64,000 nucleotides of DNA from Trichoplax adhaerens. Its lineage: Eukaryota > Animalia > Placozoa. Each line of letters starts with the position of its first letter. Position 1 is the first letter of the stretch. Positions 25,670 to 41,500 of this stretch are shown here, piece after piece. Position numbers and translations under genes: made by a program. Location of the stretch: assembly GCF_000150275.1 (NCBI RefSeq), contig NW_002060943.1, forward strand, positions 367,077-431,076, read 5' to 3'. The notes beneath the pieces were generated by a model. That model did not search any database. It was not told the DNA's origin and worked only from the letters and a program-made list of their open reading frames with translations.

Positions 25670-28600
25670 ATTTACAATCCGCTCGCTTCTAGACGGTTAA
25701 ACATGAAAACCTTTTTTTTTAAATAGTAATCATGACTTGAATAGTGATAGACATATATATGCTAAAATCTGTTGTAATAAGATGATGGTAGAATGTAGCA
25801 GTAGGTTTAAAGCTTAATATTTTAGAAATGCACTCAGGGTAACCTGCTGTGGTGATATCCTGTACATATAGTACTTTAAATGATAACATTAATAATTTTA
25901 GACAAATCTTGCCTAGAAAATAACGATAGCAATCTGCTTTAACCTGCTGCTGCAATAATTTAGCTCGATACAGGACATGTATTTACTGTCAAGCAGTATC
26001 GCATGGACTATGTATTACCTACTGATACTAAACTGGATATTTAATACTAAGAAGTAGACCTAAGCATACAGTAGTTAGCATTCGAATTTTGCTACTATTA
26101 CTTTAAATTTGCCTTCAGTGGAGTATTTACGCACTGAAATGCAGATCTACAGTTAGTACAACAATGTTAATCAGATTTACCAAGAAGTGTTACCTGCTTC
26201 GGTTTACAGATACAGAGATTATTATTAGCTACTAGTCCCAATACTACAGATATTTTTGGACAGATCAATTCATGCAAGTATTGCTATCGCATTTATGGAT
26301 AGACTATCGGTATGTTGTTTGCTTTGCTAATTACTTAAAACAAAATTTTAAAGAAGCAGTTTGTTTAGACAAATTTTATATATTGTATCTAATTTATTGA
26401 AACTGTCATGCTATTGAAAATTGTTGAAGTGAAAGGTTTGAATAAAACATCCACTTTACTGCTTAGTGTTCATTTCTTAATGTATTTCGTTCTCTTTTCA
26501 ATGCAAGACTGATACTGCATTATCTATTAATAAGCTATCCGGCTTATGAATACAGTATGATTAATGTAATTGCCATAATGAAATCCATATTAATTTTCTG
26601 CAACTATTTACGTACTGTATTCATCTTTCATAAATTACGATATACTCTTACGTTTACCTCAGTGCGAAAATATTATCTATAATGAATTAAACTCAAATTT
26701 ATTCGTATCATCTGTTACATTCTGACACGAGTAAATGACGTAAAAATGCGATAACTCGCAATGCGACTGGTGTTTCCTGAGGCTATTGATTTCTTATGAA
26801 AAATTTATAGTTATTTCACTATGATAAAAAACCCCCTAGTTACAGTAATTTGATTAGAATAATATACTATCAGGTATTCCAGCAGCCTATCATTATAACC
26901 CGTAAATTAACTTCGGTAGTCAATTTAACTGTTCACTCTTTCACAAAACCAATCATTACAAGTAGAGGATCGTCTCTCAACTTACATTATTTTGCATATA
27001 TCAAGGTGCAGATTTTACATCGATGCAATTTCAAACTATAGTGCCACAGTATGTCAGGTTGAAATGCCAATTACAATTTCATCATGATGGTTTTAATCTG
27101 AACGCGAGAACTCTCTTTTAAATGGTTCCTTTAAAACTTAGATTTACGAATTCTACGCTATTTTCTAGTGCTGATTTTGAATATCGATCAGAAAAAACAC
27201 TATTAATGGTAATATAGTATTAAACTACATGTAAGCTATTCATTTCATGAGAGCATCCCAGCGATGATAGAAATGGTAAATTAACTTGGATATTAAATAC
27301 TGTTCACTTATAACTACTGTAACGTTCCACTATAGCATTCAAGAGCAATAATAATTAAGTAATACCCATATGAAATTCTTCCAACCAAAGCGATTATTGT
27401 ATCATCTTGAATCGACTGAAGCTTTTGCAATTTCTCCGACTGTATGAATTTGGGGTATTTTTGCTGCACATATCTGTATTATGCGTGTACAGATATTTAG
27501 TCAAGTATTGTAGACTATAATCTGTCATGTAACATCTCTCTACTTGATAGAGCACAAAGCGATATTTTCTTACTACCATTGCGAGCGAAATGGGTATAAT
27601 TGCAGAACTAATTATATGACATAGAATCTTACATGATTATTTACTATCTTTACTCCAAAGGAAATATTCGAATCGATCTATATGCGCGAAATCATCATTA
27701 TAGATTGATAGTCTCTAGGAAATAGTTCTATTCTGATTAAAGGCTCTAATTAAACGGTAAAGTTCTAAGAAAAATTCTCTACAAACTTTACAGCATATAA
27801 GGAACAGCAAGATAAACTTTTCTGTTTAATAATGACTGCGCACTCTATATGCTTTGTCGGGAAGATAATATAATTTAGATCTAGTTATTATTAATTAATT
27901 TCAATGGCATCCAGCAGCGATTAGTCAGCCTTACTAGTAACGGAAACTTGCAATACATTCGATGTGACTCATAATTAAGATCACCAGCAGTTGAAAATTG
28001 GGCGACATTATTTCGATGACCTTAATATGGAGTATCGAAGCCAGTTTCCTACCGCATTTATTATTGAAATTCAATAAAGCCTACCCTATCAAAATAATAA
28101 GAGTGATTTAATTTTCAGTTGAAAAGTTCCGTTAACATTGCCGATTGTACTTGCGAACGATATATTAGGGAAAAAGGCCATATTGATGATAGGTTATCAA
28201 GTTAATTCAGCCAATTTTATGTTTATGACAAAGGATAAGGATATTAGAAATATTAATATGTTACAAATCAACTTATAGACCTCAGTAAATGATAATAAAA
28301 TAATATGGCCATTTCTACTGTATGTTATATCGTGATTGCTACCTTGCTGCTACTGAATTGATACAATAATGTCTGCTGCAGTGATTTTCCTATTCTTGGC
28401 TCTGCGAATGCTGATGTCCTCGATCAAAGCTTAGCGGCAATTCCTTTATGTTACGAGGTATTTCTTGCCATTACTTACATCAAGTATGGGCCGATATCGA
28501 TCCCATAGAAGTAATTAATGATGGATTATTGGCAGCCAATGATATTATGATTCCGAAAAAAGTGGTAAAAGTAGGGAGATTAAATTTTTTGCAATTAGCA

Positions 28601-29575
28601 AAGGGCCAATCTTCATATTATATACTACATTTTTTATTTTTGCTTTAAAAATGAATTACTGATTCATTCATTTTTGAGGTTATATAACAGTCTATACAAT
28701 ACAATACAATACAATCATTCACGCATTTTTGAGAGCAGAGAGTCATTTGAGAAATTCACGATAGGAATTTCACTTAGGATTTTATGATGACTATAAACAT
28801 AGTCTTTTATTTTCTTTCTAGTTTATCTATTTTTTGTCTCTAGAACTATGTGCTGTTAATTTATAGGCTTATTAATAAGTAATTCTAGGTTTTGTAAACT
28901 CATCACATTTATGTCTCACCTATCTAACAATCCACGAAGAAATTGTTTCACGATATTTATTTATAATTAATAGAAACAACATTGGATGATATAGAATCTG
29001 GAATTACTGATGACGTTAAAATCATCCATCTTTGTCATCACTAACGTATAGATTCGTTATGAATTCTAACTGCAACGTTATGAGCTAAAATGGACTATTT
29101 TTATTATGTTGCTGCAAATATTACTACGTTCATTGGTTATAAAGGACAGGATACCTCTAAAACTGCCCAGTCGAGCAACTAATTATACTCGTAAGGATAA
29201 CAGTTTAAGACAAGGCTTTGTCTACAATATAAGAACTAAACGAGTATTGCATCTCGTATCTAGAAACTGAATATATTCCGATTGCGCTACCAAAATAGCA
29301 TATAGTTTTCTGTCTATATTAAGAACACGATAAAGGCTGCAGCAACCTTAATTTATTTTGCTGTTAAAGATAGTATAAGATACTCTATTTGTATACTCTA
29401 TATTTCTATTACCCACATATTCTAGGATGATGGCTATGAGCTACGGTATTATTTATTAAGTTGAATAGTATATTTAGATCCATGTCCATTATAATGATTA
29501 GTTGATAGCAAGAGAAGAATTTAAAAAGCAGTTTAGCTCAATTGACTTATGGAAGAGTATTAAAAAGTAATGATT

Positions 29576-29903
29576 AAAATGAGTTGGATTTACATCGTCG
29601 ATGAACGGAAAGTAACGTGATGTAGAAATAATTTCATCGCTCTGTTTCATCATCTTGACAGTATAGCCAAGTTAGAGTTAGTAATAACAAAATATCCAAT
29701 ATAATTATTGATTGATATTAAGAAAAAATCCCCAAATAGTATACGTAAGCATAGTTTGCTAATATTGGAAGAATAATAAAGACGACAATAAAAACGAGTT
29801 GAATTGACATCGTCGATGAGTGGAAAGAAATGTAATGTGGAAATGATTTTATCATCACGTTTCATCATCTTGGCAGTATAATCAAATTAAGATTGGTAAT
29901 AAC
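29576..29903. repeat. Diverged direct duplication (~110-bp core, ~215-bp spacing)
   Basis: ACATCGTCGATGA...GTTTCATCATCTTG(A/G)CAGTATA...GTAATAAC occurs at ~29576-29688 and ~29791-29903. Confidence 0.75.
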
Positions 29904-32598
29904 TAAAAGGACAAGAAGAAACAATTAATAAACAATATCCCATTTAATTTTATTTCTTATCTAGTTAACGGTTAGAGATAAAAAAAATTGGACTGATAAG
30001 ATTAAAATTTATCTACCGACAAATCTGTATAATAAAGAATATATTCCTTTCTCTCATAACATTTGATTCGGTAATTTAATCCAAATTATTTGATATTTTT
30101 TCAATGAAATATGAAATACATGTACTATGTATACATCAATCTATTGATCTGTGTGGGATCGAGCTATAGATAGAATAAATTTAACACAGGATAAATTATT
30201 TTTTATCATCCCCTCTTCAAATTAAATAGATATTTATTCATGGAAAAATATTTATTTTAAATAACAACTAATCCTTTGTTCAAGCATGATCGTACGAGGA
30301 AAGTGGGGGAAGGGAGACACTGATGATGTCCATCATTGCGATTTGAATAGTGTAGCAAACTATTTGAGTTGTAGAATGCTATTTGTTTGATTAGTGGTTG
30401 AAGGAAAAAGAAAAATGGAATAATATACAAATGCTGTTGGATGCTAAAGTAAGTTGATTTATCGCGCTGTTCGAACTAACTTACTTCCCTGCCTACCAAC
30501 CTGAAAACAATATAACAACAAAATTATTACCTGTTCACATCTTCGTCTGTCACGCAAAGATTGACAACGACGAATGATCGATTCTAATTTTAGATAGTAG
30601 CAATGATTACCAGTCTTATTATAACCTGAATTGAAATAGTATAAATCACGGTAATGTAGAAGATAACGCTAAAATTGGATTTCAATTTCCTTTGTTTTTA
30701 TCTAAATTGATTTAAAATCTTTCAGTAGTGAATTGTTTCCTCCATCTAGCTGTAATACTCCGATGAATAAAGCCAAGTAAAAATACTGCATCATCTTGAT
30801 AGCCAGTAGGCAAGAGAGGAAGGTATTTTTAAATGATAAAGCAACGACTGATTGATGATATTTGCATGTAAGGAAGGCCCAAAATTTGAACATTCGTCCT
30901 GTAACAATCAATTTAGATTGGCACCAACTTTCTAAAGTATTTTTAATTCAAATAAAGATTATTAAATCAATTCAACAATAGGTGTGTCTATCAATTAAAA
31001 TAGTAGAATGGAGTGACGATTAAAAGATATTTCAAAATTCTTCTCAAGTTGACTATTATCCTATTTTACGGTCAACATACGATGTGTTGTACGTCGATAT
31101 TACGTTGAACATGATAAAAGGGTGGAGAATAATGCCATGCAAAGCAAACTCGTTGTCATAAATTACGCTGGTAATTTACCCATGGTTATCCTTCATTTAA
31201 AATAGTCATCGTACCAAGTATATATTTAATGTACCGACAAGGATAACAACGACAATAAATTGCTCATTCTGTCGAGATAGTCAAAGTCAAGTTATCAAGC
31301 AGATAAGATTTTCAAATAAGCATTGAACTTTAGTAACATTAAATAGCCCGCACCATTCTGATTGATATGTGAATTTTGAATGGATTATGAAGGCTATCCA
31401 GATGCGATAGGAAGTAGACGTGATTGAATTTATTCTAGGCGACTATTGGTATGCTCGTATGAATTATTGCTAAAATTGAAACTTTCAGTTGAAATAGGAT
31501 TATGCTATGATAACTGAAATAAGAACAATTTGACCCCAATATTATCCCCTATTCCTGTACTCAAATATGATAGCCTCCATATTCAGACTGTCTCAATCAT
31601 TTCAATGATTGTATTGATCTCGACATGATGATGCTTATGATGATAATGCTATCCCTATGGTAATGTTAGGAGATGACGACAGTAATGATTGTAATAATAA
31701 AAAAATAAGAATAACAGTTATGATGATGATTATGCGATGGACAACAAGGATCATCCTTCCATTCTTCATATTGATGAGTTAATTGATATTAATGATAGAA
31801 AAAAGAGTAATAATTACATTGGCTAACAATCATAACAATAAATTATCATTTAATCAAGTTGGACAATAACATAAATCATCGATTGGATAAGATCGCAAAC
31901 ACCCAACCTAGCCTAGACTATTCTACTGGTTGGCACCATCATCATTATGTTAATCACCATGTCCATCAACTCAACAATAGTCCATCTTTATAATAGAAAA
32001 TCCGTATAATAAGTTGTAACAGCGCCAGCGTATCCATAATCTCGCTGTTGGCCATCCAATTACGGTTGGATCACAAGGTGACAATCTGACATCGCCACCT
32101 TGTTATTATCATTTATCTAATCCGATTGGCGATTGCCATCTCTTATTTTAACGATCATCCTCATCATAATTTCAAGCAGTAGGAAAGGGTAACAGTATCG
32201 CTAAGACAGCCAACACTATCTCTATCACTATTACTAATTCATCCGATAGGATGGTTCATTTGATTGATCGATAATACGCAACAAAGAAAACAACCGCAAC
32301 TATTAGAACGACAACAAGGAATAGACGAATCGATCATTTATCGCTTTCGACGCTACTATCATTTATCCTTGTCAAGTGAAGAAGATTTCTTCCTGTTCAT
32401 CAATCGATTGTAGCCAATTCTGAAATTTATTTCTTTTTTTTTTCCTGTGTGTGTCTACTTCTATTCTATTCTTGTCCATCTTGTTCATAGATCCATCATT
32501 GGAAATCGGTCTAATCATCCTGTTGATCGGAGAACCGATCCATCTTTACGACGTGAAGGTACTTTGATTTCTCAAATCAATAACAACTGCTATACAAC

Positions 32599-35500
32599 AT
32601 GAAGTCGACATCGGCTCGATCAGGTTATATCACGCGTTGTCCACCACAACAAGATCATCATCCTAATAATTTAAATTATGGACGCAATACCACACCTGGT
32701 AATATCGTCAATCATGATGAAATCAATGATGTAAATCACAGCCATTATCATCATTCTCCTAATATATCACGGTATCATTATGATAATAATAATACTATTT
32801 CAGTCAATCCAGCAGGCAATAGCAATAGCTATAACGTTAATCCCAATTATAATAATCATGTCAATCAGAGTTATAGCAATCCAATTGGAATTAATCGAAA
32901 TAGTTCTGGCCATCTTTACAATTCTCATCATTCTTTCCATCAACAACAACATCATCACTATGGATCACAACCATCTCAAGCATCGCTATCGTCATCGCCA
33001 TCACAACTACATTACCATCCTCAACAGCCACCATCGTCATCATCGACATTTTCTCACCATCATCATTATAATTCTTATCATTCTTCACAATATAATCAAC
33101 AACAGCAACAACAGCCACTGTCTCAATCGCCATCATCATCGCATATTCAACATCTTCATCATCATCATCCTTCTTCTTCTCATTCTCTTCATCACTCAAC
33201 TCCTACTACCAATCGAAAAAATGATTTAAAAGTAGTGGAAGTAACTGCACGCCCAACCACACTTAATACATCCGTTAGTCATCATATTGTGCCACATAAA
33301 AATCTGAAACCCATCACCATTACTAGCTTAGATGATGGCTCCATCGAATTGGAAGTCAGTTGTGGATCGGATAACTTAACCCTTGGACAAAAAGGACATC
33401 ATTATCATGAAGAGAATAATAATAACGGATTAACCACCACGACAACGACTTCAACATCTTCTTCTTCCATAACAACGACAACATCGACTAGCACTGGTGT
33501 TCGAACTCACCTTAGTTATCAACCAACTACACAAAAAGTGACTACCAGTGTAGAGAATAAAAATGTCGATCATCCAATGCCATCATCGGCATCTTCTCCG
33601 TCGATTACATCCATCATACCACCATCACCACCACAACCGCAATCACAGCCACCACAACAAAGCCAGACATCATCGGCTTCCTCTCCATCATCGTCGCAAC
33701 CGCAACTACCGCAATCGCAATCACAGCCATCACAACAAAGTGGCTCTCGTCGAACATCGGATTCCTATACGAATAATAAATCCACTTCAACAACAACAAA
33801 TCGCAATCTTCATAGCAGTAGCAGTGGCAGTGGTAATAGCAGTAGCAGCAATAATATCAGTACCGGCAATAACGACGACAATGGAATTCCAAATTGTAAA
33901 AGTCAAGATGCTTCGCCACTACCTCAAAAGAAAGTATTTACTTCATCACTTTACCTTATTCCCAAGCCCATGACTAATTCAGGCCAACGTCAATATTCTA
34001 CATCATCGACATCCAATAGTAATGTTAATTCACCCACGACTAATCATCCACCATCATTATTTCCAGGACAACTTCAATCAGTATCGCCGTCACCGTCATT
34101 AAATAATAATAATAATTCAAGTCCTACAAGTAGTAATAATAATAGCGTTCCGACAACACCACCACGAGAATATCCATCAACGACGATAAATGATTTAGAA
34201 GATAATGTAACCATACGCCGAGATTGGAATCCATCATCGTCTACTGTCCAACAGCAACAACAGCCAAATATAACACCGTTACATTCAACATTAGGACAAG
34301 CTCCATATCAACGCGTAAATCCTTATGCTAATGGACCAATGCCATCGTCATCGGTACAGCCACCACCAACGCCTTCATCATCGCTTAATCCGATGGCCAA
34401 CAATATCACTTCTACTAATAATATCAATAGCAATAGTAGCAATAGCAATATCAATGCTGGCAATAATGCGACTCTCAATAATAATATTGGTGTTAGCAAC
34501 AGTAATGGTAATACAAATTATGCTTTACCCAGATGCGGTAGCTATCATGAAGGACGACGAAGTCCACCACGAAGTCGTTCTCATACCTTCAATTCTGCCA
34601 CCGCTAATATGGCCAATAGGACATCATCGCCAGATCGCCACTATACTAATAATTATTCATCGTCAGGAGCCTCTTCTCAAGGTATTAATCCGATTTATGA
34701 TAATACAGGATCATCACCATTGCCATCAGCTGGATATCCGTCATCGCATCGCCTGTCACAACAGCAGCCATCGCAACAACAACAGCAAGGCCAACAGTTA
34801 CCATCGACAAGTTCGGTATCATCCTCGTCTTCTTTACATTTAGAATTAAATCATCATCACGATTATATCAGTCCATTATCTAGTCCTGATATGGATGTTC
34901 TAACAAGTTATCAGCAACAGCAGCAACAACAATCATTATCGTTAACAGCATCACAACCAGCATCATCATCATCACTCCAGCCACTGCAACCACAACAACA
35001 ACCATCTCAACTTCATCGAGAAGATTTAGACCATTCCATCGATAGTCCAAGTAATAGTCGTAAAGCACTTCTTGCCACATGTCAACTGAATAAAAGTACA
35101 CCCAGTTTACTAGAAGAATTTGGACTAAATAGTAATGATGAAAAGACAACACGGGACGACTTATTTGTTGAAGGTAGAAGCCAATTTCACTTGGGTATGG
35201 AAGCTTCTATCTATGGTTCCGATTCCAGCTTAAATAAATCATCCACATCTAGTGTCATGGTAAGTCATTGATTCGTTTCTAGTCATTTTGGATTTGTTCA
35301 TCTGCTTTCAAGAAAAAAAATTAGGCTTCCTTGTCATTATTTTAAACATTAATAGATTACTCTACTTTCCCTAGAGTCATTTTTTTTATTTTCAATCTCA
35401 TTTCGCATATTTTACTTTTCAAATATTTTTTGGGGGGGGGGAGGAATTTTATATCGTCAGTCGTATCGTTTTTATAATAGTCAGAAAAAAAAAACTAAAA

Positions 35501-38500
35501 TAATCATCATTGGAATCAGTAGCGGATTTCTGGCTTTCTATCCTGATAGCACCTTGAATCATCGTTTTATTTTCATTTAAATCTGTGAAATACAATTTTA
35601 TTGGCAATGGATCACGTTTTATTTTGACACGATAATAAGGGAAAGTGGACATGCCAACTTTATTTGTTTTTTTTTTATATCCTGTATACCGCAATCTTAG
35701 AGGTTTGTACATCAGGATGAAAAAAAAAAAATTACCAGAGCGTGTTAGGGTGGGAAGACATGGCATTTTTTCTTTCTCAGTATGAAACACACTTTTATCC
35801 ATTTGGATATTTGTGTCCAACCGGTTTTACGTTATTATTTTACCATGTATCCAATCTTTATCGGAAAAAATGTTTTCTTGGCTCGTTGTCTACAATAAAC
35901 TATATTGTCCGAACTATTTTGACCATAGTCTAATAATTCTATGGATTAAAAAGGATTCTAATAAGTAGATTAGGGGCAATTTAGCCTTCTAAATCGCCAA
36001 TGTAATCTTTTCATGGACAGAAAAATCAAATTAAATTCTAATAATGGATAATTAGAACCGGAATTAGCCTATGACTTTCCTCCATCATTTTGTAATGCAT
36101 TTCGAATCCAATTTTATAAAGATAGATGGATATTATTCTACCCTATAATCATGTCTCTATTGACTATGATAGCGCTTGATTTTTTCCCTTATGAATGTTG
36201 CAAACAAGAAATTGATAGAGTGGATGAAATCGGACATTTCCTATCGACTAAAGATCATAGTATTATCGTAATGTATATATAAGCTGGAAAACAAATTCGT
36301 TTTTCTTTCTCCCAGTATTTTATGATGTGGATGATAAATTAGTCCTGTAGTCTTGTCATCATTTTGACATTTAATAGTAACCTAACCTAATCGAAAATAA
36401 TTTCACAGAATAATGACCGATCGTAATGTCTTCTTTGATATCGAATTGAAAAGGAAAATATTATATTAGTCGATCTCTTTCCTCCCTATTTATCGTGCCT
36501 AGAAAGGATTAATCTATTCGTACGTCTATTTCTTTCCTTCTCATTTATATTGGTATCGTCATCAATTCAAATTGAATTGATCGAATGATTTAAACCAGAC
36601 ACTTTTTTACATTCTTGTTTGCATAGCGACTGTGTCCACTCCTTGTGAACTGAAACTTTCTATTTTTATAGTTTTTGATCTTCTTTTCTGCTCCATTCTC
36701 GATTTACATCTATCTACGGCGACTAAAGCCAAAAATCTTTGGTTCGATCCCTATTTGTATAAGAAGGAATAATTTCAAAATTTCAATTTAATCCTAGTGA
36801 TACAGATAAATTTTTACTTTAGTTTATTATGATTGTAAACTTTGTGTCTTTCTCTCCATTCCTGTTGTTATGGAAATTTTAACCTTAAACTCATGCATTA
36901 TTATGATTATTTGATTATGCACTTACCGTAACTTATTCAATGATTGATTCTCCGTCTAAAGTCCGATAGAGATTATTCCTAAAGCATATTCTGCCTTGAT
37001 AGCAATCTTATGCTAGAACAACGGCAAGATTTGCCGTAGTATCAGCATTTATTTCGATCATGGTAGTCAAATATCTCTTTTTTTTTAAACCATGCCATCG
37101 TATTCTCTCTTATTCTTTTTTCTGCCTTCCATACTGTATCTTCGAAGTCAGCGTTGTTTCTGCTTTGATAATGCTACTACATCATTCTATTACAGAAAAG
37201 CCCACTATCATCCATTTCCATAAATTCGTACGATATCAGTAAACTAATATCTATTTAAGTAAGAGGGGCTATTTAGCTTGATTTGTTTTGCGATATTTTA
37301 GTCGTTTTTAACGCGCCTTAGTACAATATTGATAAACTAATATCCATGTAAGCGAGACGGCCATGATTGGTTTTACGGTATTTATTAGCTTTCATCGTGC
37401 CTTAATACGATATTGGCAGAGCAAGGTTGATTTGAATGCGAGGGCCATCGAGCATAATTTATTCTGCGTCATTTTATTATCTTTCCTACGCGGTGCGTCT
37501 ACATAGAGCATAGGCATATGCTCGTGATATAAATTAAATCATTCAATTTAAGATTCTTTCTGAACTTTAGTTCAACTCCTGTATAGAAAACCTGGAGGAA
37601 AGATTGCTGTATGCTAGCTAAACCTTGAATTAGTTGAAATTTGCTGTAATTTCATTCTATACTAGAAACTTTTCGTGCTCAGATCAATTGATAACCGGCT
37701 TTAAATTTTAGAATTCAGTTGCTGTATTCATTCCTATTGTACTGAATCTCTATTGGAATATTGAATATTAGCAAATAATCTAGATTGTTAAACAGAATCT
37801 CCAGGAGCCGCATTAGTATTGATTACTGCTTCTTTGAAACTAAATGCAATTTAGTGTCATAATACGTAACTTTGGAGATATACTTTTCATAGCTTTGCAC
37901 ATTTACTGTCTATGCTATTTAGCAGCCTCGATAACCAGCATAGTGTAGATCGATGATCGCATTTAAACCATATCGACGAAAAATTATAGGCTAGAGATTT
38001 AGACATGATAGGATAACTGCTAGGTTTATAATTATACTATTTATGATAAAGACATGCTATTGGATGCATGATCCATCAGAAAAAAAACAAATTTATACTA
38101 GCGCAAGAAGAAAACTGAAATCTTCAACATGAACTACTATTAAGTATTACACATTAAGTTAATATTCAACTGCAAGCCATAGGCCCAGCATGTTCAGAAC
38201 GATATTAATATTCAAGCTACTATATCGTTATCGAAGGAATATAATCTAATCTAGCTAAATTTCATTTCTGAATACTTATGGGTAGAAAAGATCAAGCTTA
38301 AATGATTCGATAGTAATAAGATCTCGTCATTCTACACCCGATAACTTTTGACCCTAGTCAAAAATAGTCATTGAAATATTTTAGGAAGTCCATTCTTATT
38401 CCATTCACAATGGGTGTTTATTTAACTACGGAAAAAAAGTTGGATTTGACGATTTACTCAAAGTAAGAAATGATCGTTCCGTCAGGTACTTTCAAGAGAT

Positions 38501-41500
38501 TTTCTTTTTCACTTCTAAGAGAAATTCTCTTACAAGTCCGCTCACGCTTTACTGCAAGCTATAGATCTCACATTTTCATCACGATATCAATTTAGGCTAG
38601 ATTGTATTATGTAAGGAGTGGAATCTAGCCTAGCCGGATTTCATTTCTAAATATTGATTTACAATGATTAATCATCCTTGATTGCTATCGTTTATTTCAA
38701 GAACGGTAGGATAGGTAAGGCTATGAAGGGAATAAGATATAAACTAAACGGGCTGTCAAGGTAGTTCTGACGTTAGTAGTGATTTATGTTAAGTTAAGCA
38801 CTCTAGTATGCCATTAACCTTCATCCACTATTTTCCACTAATCATTATTGGATGATATCTTTTATTTTAATAGCAATATGAAAGATAAAATTATTGACCA
38901 GATTTAACGCTCATAAAAGGGTTGTCATGGGTGGTTGTGGTTTGAGCAGTGATTTATGTCAAGTCAATAACTCGAGTATTCCTTCGCTGATGAGGAAGTT
39001 CATGGCGTTATTATGGCATAAGCCATAAACCCTTTATTCCCTGTTTTCGACTAATCATCACCCGATGATATCTTCTATTTTGATTTCGATAGGATGGGCA
39101 AAGTTATTGACAAGATGTCAACTAAAAGGACTGTCATGGTACTTCTGACGTGATTAGTGATTTATGTCAAGTCAATAACTATTTGTTCTATACAGTAACA
39201 TAATGACTAGACAGTAATGTAGAATGGAATAATAAATGCAATATCATAGCTCGAGGCTTGATTCTACTTCAAATAGTTCTGTTATTCTCTTGAGAATAAT
39301 GGGATAATACTCCATTTTCTGACTAGTCTACCATTTGAGTTAATATTACATATGTTACGCTTTTATCGCAAACAACAAGGAGGATACCTTTGCTTTCGGC
39401 ATTATGTTGTACCCTAATTCAATGGATTATTCTTTTCAGTATCGGTAGTGGATGGATTTGGAAGGGTTATTATTTCATACTGCTATTAGGGATGCTTTAA
39501 AATATCATTCATTTATATTCATATTACAATCTATCGCGTACATGAAGAAATCATATTTAGACTGTTAATCGTCATTCCTAGATAGATTGAAGATCATGTA
39601 TTCGCCTATAAACATGGTTGCAATTAGTTGCAATAGGTTTTCAATATATTGATAGCATCTTTGTCTCTTTTTTGGACCTTTTTGCATTTCATCGGATACA
39701 GTGATAATGATTTCCTTTAATATATTGAATTGAATTCAATAGTTTAATCAGTTGGATTGTTTCTCATCCATTTACGATTGAATATTCAATTGTATTAGGA
39801 AGGCTGATGGATTAATAATTGTGGAGTAATGCAATCATAATCATAAACTCAGGAGTTTATGTCGCTTTCCATTCAATATAGTCAAAATGTAAAATTTGCT
39901 ATCATACTTCATCAACTCTACTCTATATTAGTAGATTTTGCTTTTGGATGAGTCGTTTTTCGTTTTGGGATAAGGCATGGAAATTTTCACATTTAATTGA
40001 GTTACAAAGTCTAACCTGTTATTGACTATATAAGTTTGATTTTATACAAGCAGATTTTGTTTTTGGAAGAGTCCTCTTTCATTTAAAGTAAATTTTGCTT
40101 CTAAAAGGGTCGTATTTCATTTTAATGGGATAAAATTTTTATATTCGTCTTTCATTTGAATGGGATAAGATTTTCACATTTAATTGGATTACGGAGTCTA
40201 GCTTGCTATTGGGTTCATAAACTCGACTCTATAAACGTCAATTTCACCTTTTAAAGTAAAGGGTAGACTTTCATTTTAATGGAATAAAGATTTTTACATT
40301 TAATAGGATTACACAGTCTAACTTGCTATCGAATCCATAAGCTCGATTAGATATAAAGGTCTTTGGTTTTTAATCAAATTAATCCTTTTATATAGACTAG
40401 TAAAGTTGATGACAGTTGAGCGCTGTGTAGAATGGTGGATGATGAATGGATTAAATAGATTGCGTAGAAATTTTCTTGTTAATGTATTCATAAATTGTAT
40501 TTATTGATCATTAGGCATATGAACCAACAGCACAGCTATTAGCTCGAAAAGGTCCAACCTTTGCTGAAGCAATGTTTGATCATGTATCGTATGAAGAAGA
40601 TGAGTTAAAATTTCTTGTTGGTGATATTATTCTTATACTTGATGCTAATGACGAAGATTGGTGGTATGGTAAATTGATTACCGATGACGAAGATCAAGTA
40701 GAAGGGTGGTTTCCTTCTTCATTTGTTAGAGTAAGGAGTCATTGCAGTAACTTATAATCCTTTTCTACTCATATGTAATCATCCTTAAATAAAAAATTCA
40801 ATTTTAGTAAGCAAGATATAGTCTATAGGATATTCTTTACTACTAATTAGGGTGTTGTCTCATCATTAGCAGTTTGTGTAAGGACATATTTTAAGTGAAT
40901 TATACAGTTTTATGGTAACTATCTATCAGTGTACTGTTTGCTTCTTATTATATGAGTATCCATAAATGAAAAATTTTGCAGACAATATTCTATAAGTTTC
41001 TCTAGTCAATTTGGCAAGTATCACTCCATTCTCTATCTAGAATAGATTCAATAAAGTGCAGTAGTAGTTTCTCAGCTTCCATAGGCTATCAATCAAAGTA
41101 GGAAAGGGAGTAGAATTCCATTATAACTAATTAATGGGATTAATTGTATAATCATTTTTTAGTTACGTGTAGCTCAAGAAACCGCGGCCGAAGAGGTTGC
41201 CGAAAAGCAACGTAAAACAAGCGTATCCTCGGATAAAGGTGTTGAAAAATTAGCTTATATTAGGGGCCGAGTCATTGATGAACTATTGCAAACCGAGAAA
41301 GATTTTGTTGGATATCTTAAATTTATCATCCAGGTCTGAATTTAAAAATAGGTCTAAAATTGACATTAATATCATGATCAAGTTAATTATCATAAGATTA
41401 AAGCATTGATAATATCGATAGTCTTATGACAGAAACCAACTTACGCATGTAAATTATAACAATTTGATTTAGGATGTATTATACGAAGCAAAAGCACATC

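Noticed and set aside
32780-35152. Overlapping alternative-frame and antisense ORFs inside the large RhoGEF exon
   Set aside because: These are expected shadows of trinucleotide low-complexity coding sequence.
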